DNA of 64,000 bases from Lachnospiraceae bacterium (GCA_902363555.1 CABJAM010000002.1:489709-553708), one strand, 5' to 3'; shown: positions 29,191 through 39,346, numbered from the stretch's first letter. Notes: generated by a model not told the origin, from the sequence alone. Program-made: numbers and translations.

Positions 29191-30072
29191 ATGGTATCCA
29201 GAGACGAAAAAAGATGGCGCGCTGCGGCCCATATTATATTAATTATCCTGTCTTTTCTGGCAATAATGCCGTTTATATTACTTGTGATCGCCTCCTTCAC
29301 AGATGAAAAGGTGGCGCTGACCAATGGCTATTCGTATTTTCCGGCCAAATTTTCACTGGCGGCCTATTCTTATATCGCCAATGAAGCATCCACGATCTTC
29401 CGTGCTTACGGCGTAACGATCATTGTTACTGTGATCGGAACGATTGTCGGTCTGATCATTACATCCATGCTGGCCTACATGCTTTCCAGAGAAGGCCTTC
29501 CGGGCCGTAAGGTGCTGAACTTCCTCGTCATTTTTACAATGCTCTTTAACGGCGGCCTTGTGCCGACCTACCTGATTTACGCGTCGGTATTCCACATTAA
29601 GGATACACTGTTTGCACTGATCATTCCCAGCTTATTGATGAACGCATTTAACATCATACTGGTGAAAAATTATTTTACATACAGCCTTCCTCAGGAATTA
29701 TTTGAATCCGCACGTATGGATGGCGCCGGCGAGTTCAAAGTGCTGCGCACCATCGTTCTCCCGCTGTCCAAGCCCATCCTTGCCACCGTCGGACTGATGA
29801 TCGCTATCGCCTACTGGAATGACTGGCAGAATGGTCTGTATTACTTAAATGACACAAAGCTTTACAGTATCCAGAACATTCTCAACGCCATTAACACAAG
29901 CGTCCAGTTCCTGGCCTCCAACAGCGTCAGCGGCGCCAATATGGCCGATATCCCATCCACAACCGTCCGTATGGCCATCGCTGTGGTGGGTGTCATCCCC
30001 ATCATTATCGCCTATCCATTTTTCCAGAAATACTTTGTCAAAGGTATCACTATGGGCGCGGTAAAGGGCTGA
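29191..30072 (+). CDS. carbohydrate ABC transporter permease (LplC-like)
   Basis: Permease fold. RBS AAGGAGG. Confidence 0.9.
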   Translation: MVSRDEKRWRAAAHIILIILSFLAIMPFILLVIASFTDEKVALTNGYSYFPAKFSLAAYSYIANEASTIFRAYGVTIIVTVIGTIVGLIITSMLAYMLSREGLPGRKVLNFLVIFTMLFNGGLVPTYLIYASVFHIKDTLFALIIPSLLMNAFNIILVKNYFTYSLPQELFESARMDGAGEFKVLRTIVLPLSKPILATVGLMIAIAYWNDWQNGLYYLNDTKLYSIQNILNAINTSVQFLASNSVSGANMADIPSTTVRMAIAVVGVIPIIIAYPFFQKYFVKGITMGAVKG

Positions 30073-30080
30073 AAACCAAC

Positions 30081-30110
30081 GATAACAGCTCAGGCTTTCT
30101 GAGTTGTTAC
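30081..30110. repeat. palindromic intergenic repeat copy
   Basis: GATAACAGCTCAGGCTTTCTGAGTTGTTAC just after the permease stop. Confidence 0.6.
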
Positions 30111-30116
30111 ACTCTA

Positions 30117-30168
30117 ACGGGGCCTGCCGGAAGATCGTATTCGATCCACCGGCAGGCCCCGTTTTTTA
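30117..30168 (+). terminator. rho-independent terminator of the ABC transporter operon
   Basis: ACGGGGCCTGCCGG...CCGGCAGGCCCCGT followed by TTTTTT. Confidence 0.75.
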
Positions 30169-30232
30169 TACCCTTTCGGGCACGCGCAAAGTTAATGCTG
30201 CGCATGGGCGCGCTTCGCGCGGTAAGGTATAC

Positions 30233-31435
30233 TTAATCTGACGCTTTAAAATTATATACAGGCTTCATAATATCAACAACATCTACGGCTTCGGCTATGA
30301 CCTCCGTAATATCCTCCAGCGCCTTGTAAGCCATCGGCGCCTCATCCAGCGTCGCTTCATTGACCGAGGTTGTATAAATGCCTCTCATCGCCTGCTTATA
30401 CGCATCCATACTGAGATTTTCTTTCGCCTTTTTTCTGGACATCACCCGCCCGGCGCCATGGGGGGCAGAATAATTCCAATCCGCATTCCCCCGGCCTACC
30501 GCCAGGATACTTCCATCCCGCATATTTATAGGAATGAGCACCCGCTCGCCTTTATGGGCGGCGATCGCACCCTTGCGCAGGATCATCTCATCCGTATCGA
30601 TATAATTATGGATCGTATGGAAGGCATCCGTTCCGGCCATCCCGGTCTGCTCCAGCAACACTTCCGCTATTTTTTCCCGGTTTCTTCGGGCAAAACGCTG
30701 ACAAATCTCCACGTCGGCCAGATAATCCTGCAAATAGTTTCCGTATAAATAGCAAATATCCTCAGGTATCGTAGCCTCCCTGTTGGCCCACGCGATAGCC
30801 GCCAGTGCCGCCTGGATCTCCTTACGCCGCCCAGCCGCCTTATACTCGGCAATTATAGCGTCGCGCTGGGCAAAATACGTCTCCTTCCCCTTATTCAAGT
30901 CGATGGCCAACTGCTGGTATATTTCCGCCACCTGCTTTCCCAGATTTCTGCTGCCGGTATGGATGACAAGATAATTTGTTCCGTCCGAAGCCTGGTCCAC
31001 CTCTATAAAATGGTTTCCACCGCCCAGAGTTCCCAGACTTCGCTCCAGCCGCTTCGTATCCCTCAGACTACGATAGCAGTGCAGCGCCGTCAGATCAAAC
31101 CGCTCCTGCCGGCCCTCCCATACGTTTTTTCCCGACGGTATGTAGTGCGCCGCCGCATCCAGCTTTTCAAAATCCAAAGCTCCCCGGCCAAGCTTCACCG
31201 TATACATGCCGCAGCCGATATCCACACCGACGATATTGGGCACGGCTTTGTCGATGACGGTCATGGTCGTTCCGATTGTGCAGCCCTTCCCGGCATGAAC
31301 ATCCGGCATAATTCGGATTTTGCTCCCCTCTGTAAATTCATAATCGCACATTCTTCGGATCTGGGCAATGGCTTCCTCCTCCACAGTTTTGGCATAGCAT
31401 ACCGCGGTATTGAATTTTCCTTTGATTTCTAACAT
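30233..31435 (-). CDS. rtcB: RNA-splicing ligase RtcB
   Basis: GGGNHFIE and HGAGR motifs. Start MLEIKGKFNT, as in other RtcB proteins. The track's ORF is N-terminally extended. Confidence 0.9.
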   Translation of the reverse strand: MLEIKGKFNTAVCYAKTVEEEAIAQIRRMCDYEFTEGSKIRIMPDVHAGKGCTIGTTMTVIDKAVPNIVGVDIGCGMYTVKLGRGALDFEKLDAAAHYIPSGKNVWEGRQERFDLTALHCYRSLRDTKRLERSLGTLGGGNHFIEVDQASDGTNYLVIHTGSRNLGKQVAEIYQQLAIDLNKGKETYFAQRDAIIAEYKAAGRRKEIQAALAAIAWANREATIPEDICYLYGNYLQDYLADVEICQRFARRNREKIAEVLLEQTGMAGTDAFHTIHNYIDTDEMILRKGAIAAHKGERVLIPINMRDGSILAVGRGNADWNYSAPHGAGRVMSRKKAKENLSMDAYKQAMRGIYTTSVNEATLDEAPMAYKALEDITEVIAEAVDVVDIMKPVYNFKASD

Positions 31436-31454
31436 TTCCGCAACATCCCTTCTA

Positions 31455-32546
31455 TTAATTCGCTCCGGCCAGTGCCGATAGCTGTGACAATAGGTCCACA
31501 CCGCCGACATTGATATTTCCAACATTCTCACAGATCTTTTCCAAATACTCCAGCTCCTTGAGCTTGTAAAGCGTCTTGTTTTCATCCATAAGCCTTGCGG
31601 TATTAAGCAGGGAGCGTGTGGACGCCACCTCCTCGCGGCGGGTGATCACATTGGCCTGCGCACGCTTTTCCGCCAGCAGAACGGTATTCATAATGTCACG
31701 GATTTCTCCGGGAAGCACGATATCCTTCACACCTGCGTCTAAAATTTCCACAAACCACTGGTTTTCCATCGCCTTGAGGCGCTCAAAAACATAAGTCGAA
31801 ATCTGGTCCTTATTGGCCAGAATATCATCCAGGCGGAATTTGCCCACATACTCCCGCAGAGCCAGTTGTATGGCCACATGCATCTGCTCCTTATAATCGT
31901 CGATTTCCGTCAGCACCCGGACATAATCTGTGATCCGATACGTACATACAAAATTGATCCGGAGATTCACTTTATCCAGCGTCAGAATTTCCTGACCGGA
32001 AATATTCATCTGAGTTCTGCGGGTATCGACAAAGTCCGCTTCCACCCGTATTTTCGTATTCCAGAAATAGTAGATCCCCACATCCAGTAGACGCACAAGC
32101 TTCTTGTTGAAATAGAGCCGCGCCTTTTGGAACGCGTTCACCGTCACCTTCGTATAAAAGGACGTAGGCAGCTTTTCCAAAATATATTCAGGCACGTTAT
32201 CCCCGATTTCCGGTGTGGAAATATCCACGATTTGAAATTCATGCTTATCATAAATGGTCCAGAACATGTAACGCCCCCGCCGGAGACATTGCTTGAAATG
32301 GCCATTGACAAAATGCAGGGCCAGTTGCTCATCGCCCACCTCCACGGTAACGGACTGCCGCGAGATCGTCTTATCCTGCATAAGGATCTCCTGGGCGCAA
32401 ACCTCCGATTGAATCGGATTTTCCAGATTCAAAAGCTCCACGGTCCGGCCCGGCAATCCGTGATAGGTTCCGGAATCCAGCATTTTTACGAATTTACCAT
32501 GGTTAAAAAGCAAACCTCTTTGATTTTCATTAATTGTTATTTTCAT
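31455..32546 (-). CDS. SPFH/Band-7 domain protein with duplicated N-terminal beta domain
   Basis: C-terminal SPFH core and coiled coil. GGAGG RBS before MKITINEN. 19 bp upstream of rtcB. Confidence 0.75.
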   Translation of the reverse strand: MKITINENQRGLLFNHGKFVKMLDSGTYHGLPGRTVELLNLENPIQSEVCAQEILMQDKTISRQSVTVEVGDEQLALHFVNGHFKQCLRRGRYMFWTIYDKHEFQIVDISTPEIGDNVPEYILEKLPTSFYTKVTVNAFQKARLYFNKKLVRLLDVGIYYFWNTKIRVEADFVDTRRTQMNISGQEILTLDKVNLRINFVCTYRITDYVRVLTEIDDYKEQMHVAIQLALREYVGKFRLDDILANKDQISTYVFERLKAMENQWFVEILDAGVKDIVLPGEIRDIMNTVLLAEKRAQANVITRREEVASTRSLLNTARLMDENKTLYKLKELEYLEKICENVGNINVGGVDLLSQLSALAGAN

Positions 32547-32837
32547 ATGGCAGACCTCCAATATATTCGTATTTATCCGGTGGCCGTATTGGCTTTTCCA
32601 ACGCTGTCCAATGCAAAAGAAGCGGCTGCGAAATTCAGGAATCCTCAATTCAATGCAGAGCCCTCTGGCAAATGCCTATGCGCTGTACAATGAATGAAAA
32701 AACCGGTATCCTCCCACAGGCTGGGCTCCTTTTACATTGCCGCTATGCAGCGGCGCGGACAGACGTTATCAAAATGATATCCTCTCGTAGAAGGGTGAAC
32801 TGTATGCCAGTTCCAGCATCCTAGGCCACAGGCCGGT

Positions 32838-32865
32838 TTACACACCGGGCAGGATTCGAACCTGC
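32838..32865 (-). other. tRNA 3'-end-like fragment (T-arm plus acceptor 3' strand only)
   Basis: Minus-strand GCAGGTTCGAATCCTGC-CCGGTGT-G: canonical T stem-loop (TTCGAAT) and acceptor 3' half. No matching 5' acceptor strand within 120 nt, so not an intact tRNA. Confidence 0.45.
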
Positions 32866-33064
32866 GAAACCAGGCAAATGCCCGTTTTTACGGTAATGAT
32901 TGTCAGGCATACGCTCATGCACAGCACCGCGCACCGCAATGTATTGCCCTATGAAAATGGGGTACATACATTTGCTTTAACAACCTTACATGCATATTAT
33001 ATTAGAGATTGATTGCCATATCATGGAAAAAAAGTTGCGAACTGTAACAAATTCACATTCTTTT

Positions 33065-34012
33065 TTATCGTATTCCCAGTTCCTTCTGCATCATCAGCCG
33101 CTCTTTAATCAAGCGGACAAAGTCCTCCGGCTCTGTCACGCGCACCAGCGGCCCAAAGGAAAGGACGCGTATAACAAGCTCTGTCGCGTCTCCGGCATCA
33201 TAAAACACCTTCACCTCGTAGAAATTATCAGAGAGACGCCGGGCTTCCTTTTGAAAGTGTGCAAAATGGAGCATGACCCGCTCCAGGGCATTTCTCTGGT
33301 CTGTCAGCCGGAGCACAAAATAATGCTTTTCCTTTTCGTCCGCGGAATGCTCTGCACTAAAAACCTCATCGGTGATCTTGCAGTCCGTTATCCTGCTCAT
33401 ATTAATCATACAGCTTCCCTGGCGGCGGGTCGCGATCAGCCGGAACTTATCATCCTTCTCAGAATATTCCAGCTTATGAGGTGTGCACATAAGCTTACAC
33501 AGCCGGCCATGCCGGTTATGAAATCGCAGTCTCAGATTTTTTTCCTGCCGGATCGCCTTTAATATGATCTGAAAATTTTGTATATACACCGGATCTGAAA
33601 AGTCATCGCCATCCTTATACTGATCAAAAACCGTAAAATCCTCCGGCGTGAACAGGGGCTCCATCTTATCGGCCATTGCCCATATATCCGCTAAATCTGC
33701 GGAAGATTTCTCTGTCGTCAGGTCACAAAACAGACAAAACCTGGGGTCCAGACGGATGGACTTGAGCCACCGCAGCTCAAGAGTGGTCAACGGCATTTCC
33801 AGCTTCTGCTTCAATGGCGTATGCAAAGCGTCATCCAGCAGGGGCCACTGATGACTTTCCAGCGCAGGCACAATGGTCATCGCACTTTCGGCAAAAGCCA
33901 TTTCGTGAATGATCCTGTACATTTCATTGGAGGTCAGCTTTCCATCCACCGCCAGCGCCAGTACTTTAGCCACCGCTTTATAATAGCAGCCGTAAATTTC
34001 ATGGAACAGCAT
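33065..34012 (-). CDS. WYL-domain transcriptional regulator (with WCX-like C-terminal domain)
   Basis: Central WYL-like beta-barrel region (RLRFHNRHGR...FRLIATRR). AAGGTGGTG RBS before MLFHEIYG. Confidence 0.65.
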   Translation of the reverse strand: MLFHEIYGCYYKAVAKVLALAVDGKLTSNEMYRIIHEMAFAESAMTIVPALESHQWPLLDDALHTPLKQKLEMPLTTLELRWLKSIRLDPRFCLFCDLTTEKSSADLADIWAMADKMEPLFTPEDFTVFDQYKDGDDFSDPVYIQNFQIILKAIRQEKNLRLRFHNRHGRLCKLMCTPHKLEYSEKDDKFRLIATRRQGSCMINMSRITDCKITDEVFSAEHSADEKEKHYFVLRLTDQRNALERVMLHFAHFQKEARRLSDNFYEVKVFYDAGDATELVIRVLSFGPLVRVTEPEDFVRLIKERLMMQKELGIR

Positions 34013-35309
34013 CCGTATCACCACCTTCCAGATCATAAAGCCTGTACATATCCCCCATATCCGCGCGGAACTGATTTTCCACGGTCCGGTTTGAGAAATC
34101 CATCTGGACGATACGGCAGATAAATGTACGTATCCATGGGATCATTTCCGTTGTATCAAATATATCGGCCGTAAAACGGGCCGTATGGGCATCGATGCGT
34201 TCCACCTGTCCGCAGCGCCGCTCCCGCATCAGCCGCTGATAGATATGCTCCTCGCCCCGGCCGATGTGTATCGTAAATTCCACATGCTCCAGATGCGATA
34301 ATTTATTTTTACACTGCACACCCCACATATGCTTTTTCAATACTTCCAGCCTTTGTCGTAACGACTCAAACTGCGCTGCTTCCGTACCCGGATCTACCTG
34401 GGTAATATAATCCAGGCGGTAAGATTCCATACATTTATAGGGTACACAATACCCCATCAAATACTGGCGTCCGGTCTGGGCGCTGACAAAAATCTGAAGC
34501 GGGATGACCTCCCATGACCTGGGCGTTTTAGTCACCCGGCTATAATTTTTTATAAACACAGACCGCCGGGCATTTATAGCCTCCAGCAGCTCATATAGTA
34601 TCTCACTCTCCATGGCATATGTAATGTAATGATGCTTAAAAGCAAAGCAGCTCACAGCCCCCTGGGAATGGTGAGCTAAAACCGGTGATATTTTCTCAGC
34701 GCCGGAAGTTCCAGCATCCATCCGGTCCAGCAAATAACTTCCGATAACGCCCAGAAGTCCGGCTTCGGAAAAGAACGCCACCGCCTCCGCCGCAGGCGCC
34801 AGATCATACGATGGACTTCGGCCATAAAGGACCGTCCTTCCGGCCTTTTCCGTATGGAGCAGCCCCATTGCCGCATATTCCTTTAATTTATTCCGCACCG
34901 TAGAAGCATCAAACAGCATGGGCGGTGAAAAGTGCGACAGATAATCCCGGTCCATAAGCTCCATAATCTCATTCAATGATAATCGTATTTCAGGATCACA
35001 CAATATATCCAATAGTATAAAATGCAGCGTAATATCTCCATCCGTAAAGCTTTTCGCCTTGAACGCCTGGTACAGCGGATTATGCCCGGTACTTCTGCTG
35101 TCAATGGACAGGAACATATTTTTTCCGCCCTGTTCCATACGAAAGGACATATAGTCACCCAAATAGCTTTCGATACGTCGGCGCTCATTGTCATAAGACC
35201 GGGCGCTTTTATGGTCAAATTCGTCACGGCTTTTGAAACCATAGACGTAAAACTCGCGCATATAATCACGGATGCGTTCAAATACTTTGATCCGCTCAGA
35301 ATAGGGCAT
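33999..35309 (-). CDS. WYL-domain protein (second, tandem)
   Basis: WEVIPLQIFVSAQTGRQYLMGYC is a WYL core. GGGAGGTG RBS before MPYSERIK. Confidence 0.6.
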   Translation of the reverse strand: MPYSERIKVFERIRDYMREFYVYGFKSRDEFDHKSARSYDNERRRIESYLGDYMSFRMEQGGKNMFLSIDSRSTGHNPLYQAFKAKSFTDGDITLHFILLDILCDPEIRLSLNEIMELMDRDYLSHFSPPMLFDASTVRNKLKEYAAMGLLHTEKAGRTVLYGRSPSYDLAPAAEAVAFFSEAGLLGVIGSYLLDRMDAGTSGAEKISPVLAHHSQGAVSCFAFKHHYITYAMESEILYELLEAINARRSVFIKNYSRVTKTPRSWEVIPLQIFVSAQTGRQYLMGYCVPYKCMESYRLDYITQVDPGTEAAQFESLRQRLEVLKKHMWGVQCKNKLSHLEHVEFTIHIGRGEEHIYQRLMRERRCGQVERIDAHTARFTADIFDTTEMIPWIRTFICRIVQMDFSNRTVENQFRADMGDMYRLYDLEGGDTDAVP

Positions 35310-35367
35310 AGATACACCTCCCGCAATGCAGCCATTCAAAAAGAGCCCAACGGCTGCATCTTATTGC

Positions 35368-36324
35368 TTATTGTGACCGGATGATATTTTCCAGTTTTCT
35401 TATCGTCATCCGGTCTTTGGCTTTATTGGCCAATAACAGGCTGACCAGTACGGCCATCAGCAGTTCTACAAATAACCGCTTACCGGATATAATACCTGGT
35501 TTGGGCCTTATATCCAGATACCATGTCGTTCCTGGTACATCGAAGGTATAAGCGCCCTTCTGCTCCATAATGTCTCCGGACGATGCAAGGACATAATTGT
35601 TAAATTGATAAGGGCACGATAGCGTATAGCTGTAAGTGTCAAGATAATAATTCAGCAAAGTACTTCTGGGCAGCACCGCCGCCATATATCCTCCATTTTC
35701 ATAATTATTCATAGATCTTACAAGAGCAAAATCCTCGAATCCCAAGGGAAATATATAATCCTGGCCATTGGCCAATGCTTCACAGGCTTTGTCTCTGAAA
35801 TAGATATAATTATAATTCAGCAACGCTGTGCCTATGGACTCCGCTTCGCTGCCATAGAGCATAAAGTCGTGCCCACGCATATAATCCACAATTTTTTGTG
35901 CCGCTCTTGATCTCAATATGATTTCGGTTCCCGTATTTCTTCCCGAACGCCAGTATGAAAAAGCGGTACCCTGTTCAGGAATATAAGTCAGGCTGTCCAC
36001 ACTCAAATCCGATGTAACTAAAAACTCTATATGATATTTAAATATAGATTCATTCTCATTAAACACATCGGAATAGTAGTCCTCACATGCCTGATCCATC
36101 AGGGAAATCGTTTTGTCCAGGGCATTTTGTACGTACTCCTGACATTCTGCAACATATGCGGATAGTTTCTGTTTTGCCCGAACATAATGCAAAAATTCAA
36201 ATATTAAGAAAACACTTAGGCTGATCACCAGCGTTAAAATAAACACGTTGCTAAAAACCTTTCCCTTTTTATCCCACTGCTCTAATTTCTTTTCCAAAAG
36301 AACCCCTCCTCTCATAAACCACAC
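35368..36324 (-). CDS. membrane protein resembling the N-terminal sensor part of a YesM-type histidine kinase (truncated?)
   Basis: TM1, an extracytoplasmic domain of about 230 aa, then TM2, ending 18 aa after TM2 with no kinase domain. Confidence 0.45.
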   Translation of the reverse strand: MWFMRGGVLLEKKLEQWDKKGKVFSNVFILTLVISLSVFLIFEFLHYVRAKQKLSAYVAECQEYVQNALDKTISLMDQACEDYYSDVFNENESIFKYHIEFLVTSDLSVDSLTYIPEQGTAFSYWRSGRNTGTEIILRSRAAQKIVDYMRGHDFMLYGSEAESIGTALLNYNYIYFRDKACEALANGQDYIFPLGFEDFALVRSMNNYENGGYMAAVLPRSTLLNYYLDTYSYTLSCPYQFNNYVLASSGDIMEQKGAYTFDVPGTTWYLDIRPKPGIISGKRLFVELLMAVLVSLLLANKAKDRMTIRKLENIIRSQ

Positions 36325-36529
36325 CTGGAATACTTCAATTTAGACACCATCGACAGCACCAAAATCGGAAATTTTATCTGATCCATAGAGATTTTAAGAT
36401 ATCGGCGGGTCTGAGTTGTGCATTATTTACTATTTATACTGTACCATGATGTTATACTTTAGTAAACTGTGAATTACTTATTTATAAACGACTAAAAATC
36501 CGCGTTTCCATACAGCTTTCCAGCCACAA

Positions 36530-36560
36530 AAAAAGCACCTCCAAAGAGATGCTTTTTCCA
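36530..36560. terminator. hairpin terminator downstream of the DUF4143 ATPase gene
   Basis: AGCACCTC-CAAA-GAGATGCT flanked by A and T tracts. Confidence 0.5.
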
Positions 36561-36572
36561 ATATATATTATT

Positions 36573-37799
36573 TTAAAGTACAGAAATCGGACAATACCAG
36601 GTTTCGCGATTGTATGGAATCAGCGCATCGCTCATACAAAGGATGAGCCCCGGCTGCACATCCATTTTAAACGAACTGAGAACGCCAAAGTTTTTATCCG
36701 GCTTAGAAGGTTCCTTTCCCTTTTTAATTTCAATAGGAAAAATCTTGTCTCCTTTCACAATCAACAGATCGATCTCCTTTTTGTCCATATCCCGATAGTA
36801 AAACAAGTCTGCAGGTTTCCCCGCATTATAATAGCTTTTAACAATTTCTGTTACCACCCAGGTTTCAAGAAAAGCTCCATCCATTGCACCATTTTCCAAT
36901 GTTTGTGCGGTAGGCCAGCGGCATAGATATGCAGCGAGCCCTGTATCCATGAAATAGACCTTAGATGTTTTAACCAGTCGTTTTGTAATGTTTGAATAAT
37001 ACGGCCGAAGGATGAAAATTATGCCGGAACGCTCCAAAATGGAAACCCAAGCCTTAGCAGTAGGTGCAGATACTCCAATCGTGTTTGAAATTTCATCATA
37101 CTTCAGTTCCTGACCCGTCCGCGCTGCCATATAAACAAGAAAATCATAAAATTCATTCAATTTCCCCACCTGTGCTAAATCCTTGATATCCCGCTCAATG
37201 TAGGTATTGACGTAGTCCATATAAAAACGTTCCCGATCAATTGCTGTAGCACACAGTTTTGGCATACCGCCACGGAAAATCCGTTCATAAATCTGATGAA
37301 CATCTTTCTTTTTACAATCCTTCATCCTTTCACGAATCGCTGATAGTTCTGGTTCAAACATACCGGATGGACGCCCTTCTATTTCTGATTCTGAAAGGCT
37401 GGACATATCAAAGACTGCGATCCGTCCTGCCAATGACTCGGAAACATCCTGCATCATTTTGAACTTCTGTGATCCCGTGATCCAGAACATTCCACTGTTA
37501 TCCTCACCGGCAAGCGCTTTCTGATCAATAATCTTTTTCATTTCCAGTAGTATAGAAGGTACACGCTGAAACTCATCAATAAGAAGCGGATATCCATAGG
37601 TTTCAAAAAAAAGAGCCGGGTCTGTGAGGGCTAATCTGCGGGCATTGCCATCATCCAGTGTAACATATTGGCGGTTCGATTCCCTGATGTGATTCAGCAT
37701 CGTCGATTTACCTACCTGACGCTGGCCGCAAACCATCACAACCGGGTAATACTTTGAAGCTTCCAATACTTGCGCTTCTAAGTGACGTTGAATATACAT
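36573..37799 (-). CDS. AAA-family ATPase with DUF4143 domain (paralog of 4372-5745)
   Basis: P-loop GQRQVGKST. RBS AAAGAGGTG. Confidence 0.8.
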   Translation of the reverse strand: MYIQRHLEAQVLEASKYYPVVMVCGQRQVGKSTMLNHIRESNRQYVTLDDGNARRLALTDPALFFETYGYPLLIDEFQRVPSILLEMKKIIDQKALAGEDNSGMFWITGSQKFKMMQDVSESLAGRIAVFDMSSLSESEIEGRPSGMFEPELSAIRERMKDCKKKDVHQIYERIFRGGMPKLCATAIDRERFYMDYVNTYIERDIKDLAQVGKLNEFYDFLVYMAARTGQELKYDEISNTIGVSAPTAKAWVSILERSGIIFILRPYYSNITKRLVKTSKVYFMDTGLAAYLCRWPTAQTLENGAMDGAFLETWVVTEIVKSYYNAGKPADLFYYRDMDKKEIDLLIVKGDKIFPIEIKKGKEPSKPDKNFGVLSSFKMDVQPGLILCMSDALIPYNRETWYCPISVL

Positions 37800-37917
37800 A
37801 TCAGCACCTCTTTCCGAGTAATATAAAGTCTAACTTTATTTTACTCGAATCCATAATGAAGTTCAAGGCCTTTTCGTAAACTTATAGTTATATTATATCC
37901 GTTTCATCCTCCAAATA

Positions 37918-37946
37918 TAACAGTTCAGACAGGCTGAACTGTTACC
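37918..37946. repeat. palindromic intergenic repeat, a near-perfect copy
   Basis: TAACAGTTCAGACAGGCTGAACTGTTACC. Confidence 0.7.
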
Positions 37947-37955
37947 TCCAAATAT

Positions 37956-38873
37956 CTATTTCGCCAACTTTTCAAACAAATCCGCCATAAGCCGATCCCT
38001 GTCAATATAGTAAACATACTTGATCAAATGGTTGGTCGGATCAAAGGCATACCGGTCATCATATTCCGGTATCGGCGCGGGCACCAGGCAGTCCAGCTCA
38101 AAAGCTTCATCCAGCAGCCAGGCCACAGCCGTCACATCCCAAATCGGCCGGGTCCATGTATGGTTCCCGCCATCGACCAGAGCCTCTTTTGTCGTCACAT
38201 CCACAAGGTAGTCGCAGAGCTTATTTTTCCCCTTCAGATGATATTCAAGCTCCGGTCCACTTGTCCTGAAAGCGGATACAACGCCCATACATGGGAGCTG
38301 AACCACCGGAACCTGACAGCCAAACAGCACTCTTGCAGCGGCTACATCCTGAAACAGGTTAAATTCCCGGTTTTCCGGCCAAAAATGAGCCTGGCCCCCC
38401 AGCCATACGACAACTATGCGTTCCCGGATATCCGGCTGCATCAAAAGGGCAGACGCCACATTGGTAATGGCGGCAATGGCCACCACATACAACGGTTTCT
38501 CCGGCGTATGCGCCATAGCTCTTTCTACTAAGTCACGGGCAGCATCGGATTCCACCGGTGTTTTCTCGTCCAGAAGATACCGGTCAGAACCCTTTTTCAC
38601 AACCGATTTTAAATCCTGCCGTTCCATCAGGTCCAGAACATTCATAATTTCTGCATAACTCTTCTCCATGCCATCCGCGGGCGATGCAGATTTCTTATTG
38701 TAAAATGGCGCGGCATAAATCGCTTCCAGATTTAATTTATCATCGGATTTGATCATATAGGCCAGCGCATACTGGTCATCGATCTCATTATATGTATCCG
38801 TATCCAGAACTACATCCACCTTACCCTTGGGTCTTGCAAGCTGCTTAACCAGCCATTCGTTACTTATTTTCAT
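37956..38873 (-). CDS. nucleoside hydrolase (IU-NH family)
   Basis: N-terminal DTDTYNEIDD Asp cluster. GAGGAGG RBS before MKISNEW. Confidence 0.9.
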   Translation of the reverse strand: MKISNEWLVKQLARPKGKVDVVLDTDTYNEIDDQYALAYMIKSDDKLNLEAIYAAPFYNKKSASPADGMEKSYAEIMNVLDLMERQDLKSVVKKGSDRYLLDEKTPVESDAARDLVERAMAHTPEKPLYVVAIAAITNVASALLMQPDIRERIVVVWLGGQAHFWPENREFNLFQDVAAARVLFGCQVPVVQLPCMGVVSAFRTSGPELEYHLKGKNKLCDYLVDVTTKEALVDGGNHTWTRPIWDVTAVAWLLDEAFELDCLVPAPIPEYDDRYAFDPTNHLIKYVYYIDRDRLMADLFEKLAK

Positions 38874-38884
38874 ATCCTTCCTCC

Positions 38885-39346
38885 TCATAAAAAAACTTTG
38901 TCCAATTCTGTTCGCAATGCCGACTTCATTTGCTCAAGTTCCCCGGCATCAGGTCTGTTAGCGTCGCAATACATTTTCTCCATCGGATACCACCACACAG
39001 GGCCAGCACCGTTATTGCCATAATTTTCAAGGTCGCCTTTAACTCTCGGATACAAATGCCAGTGCAAATGCGCGTCGCCCTGCCCCAGACATTCGTAATT
39101 CATCTTTTCCGCATGGAAAGCATTCTTCACAGCCTTTGCAACGATCATCATCTCCTGCATAAATTTATTCGCAAACGGCCTTTCCAGATTGAATAGCTCT
39201 GTTTCATGCCGCTTACATAGAAATAAAGTATAGCCCTTAAAATGCTGATTATCACCGATAACAACATAACCTGTCTCTAACTCTTTTACAAAATACGGAT
39301 TTTCCCCTTTTTGTATCATTTTAATTCTGTCACATATTAAGCACAT
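38885..39346 (-). CDS. HIT-family hydrolase
   Basis: Histidine triad HLHWHLYPR. GGAGG RBS. Confidence 0.9.
   Translation of the reverse strand: MCLICDRIKMIQKGENPYFVKELETGYVVIGDNQHFKGYTLFLCKRHETELFNLERPFANKFMQEMMIVAKAVKNAFHAEKMNYECLGQGDAHLHWHLYPRVKGDLENYGNNGAGPVWWYPMEKMYCDANRPDAGELEQMKSALRTELDKVFL

Noticed and set aside
32838-32960. Intact tRNA gene on the minus strand
   Set aside because: Only the T-arm and 3' acceptor are present. No complementary 5' acceptor strand, D-arm or anticodon stem could be found within 120 nt.
32990-33562. 190-aa plus-strand ORF overlapping the WYL gene
   Set aside because: The opposite-strand WYL protein has domain-level support. This ORF has none.
36549-36926. 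125-aa plus-strand ORF
   Set aside because: Antisense to the well-supported DUF4143 ATPase gene.
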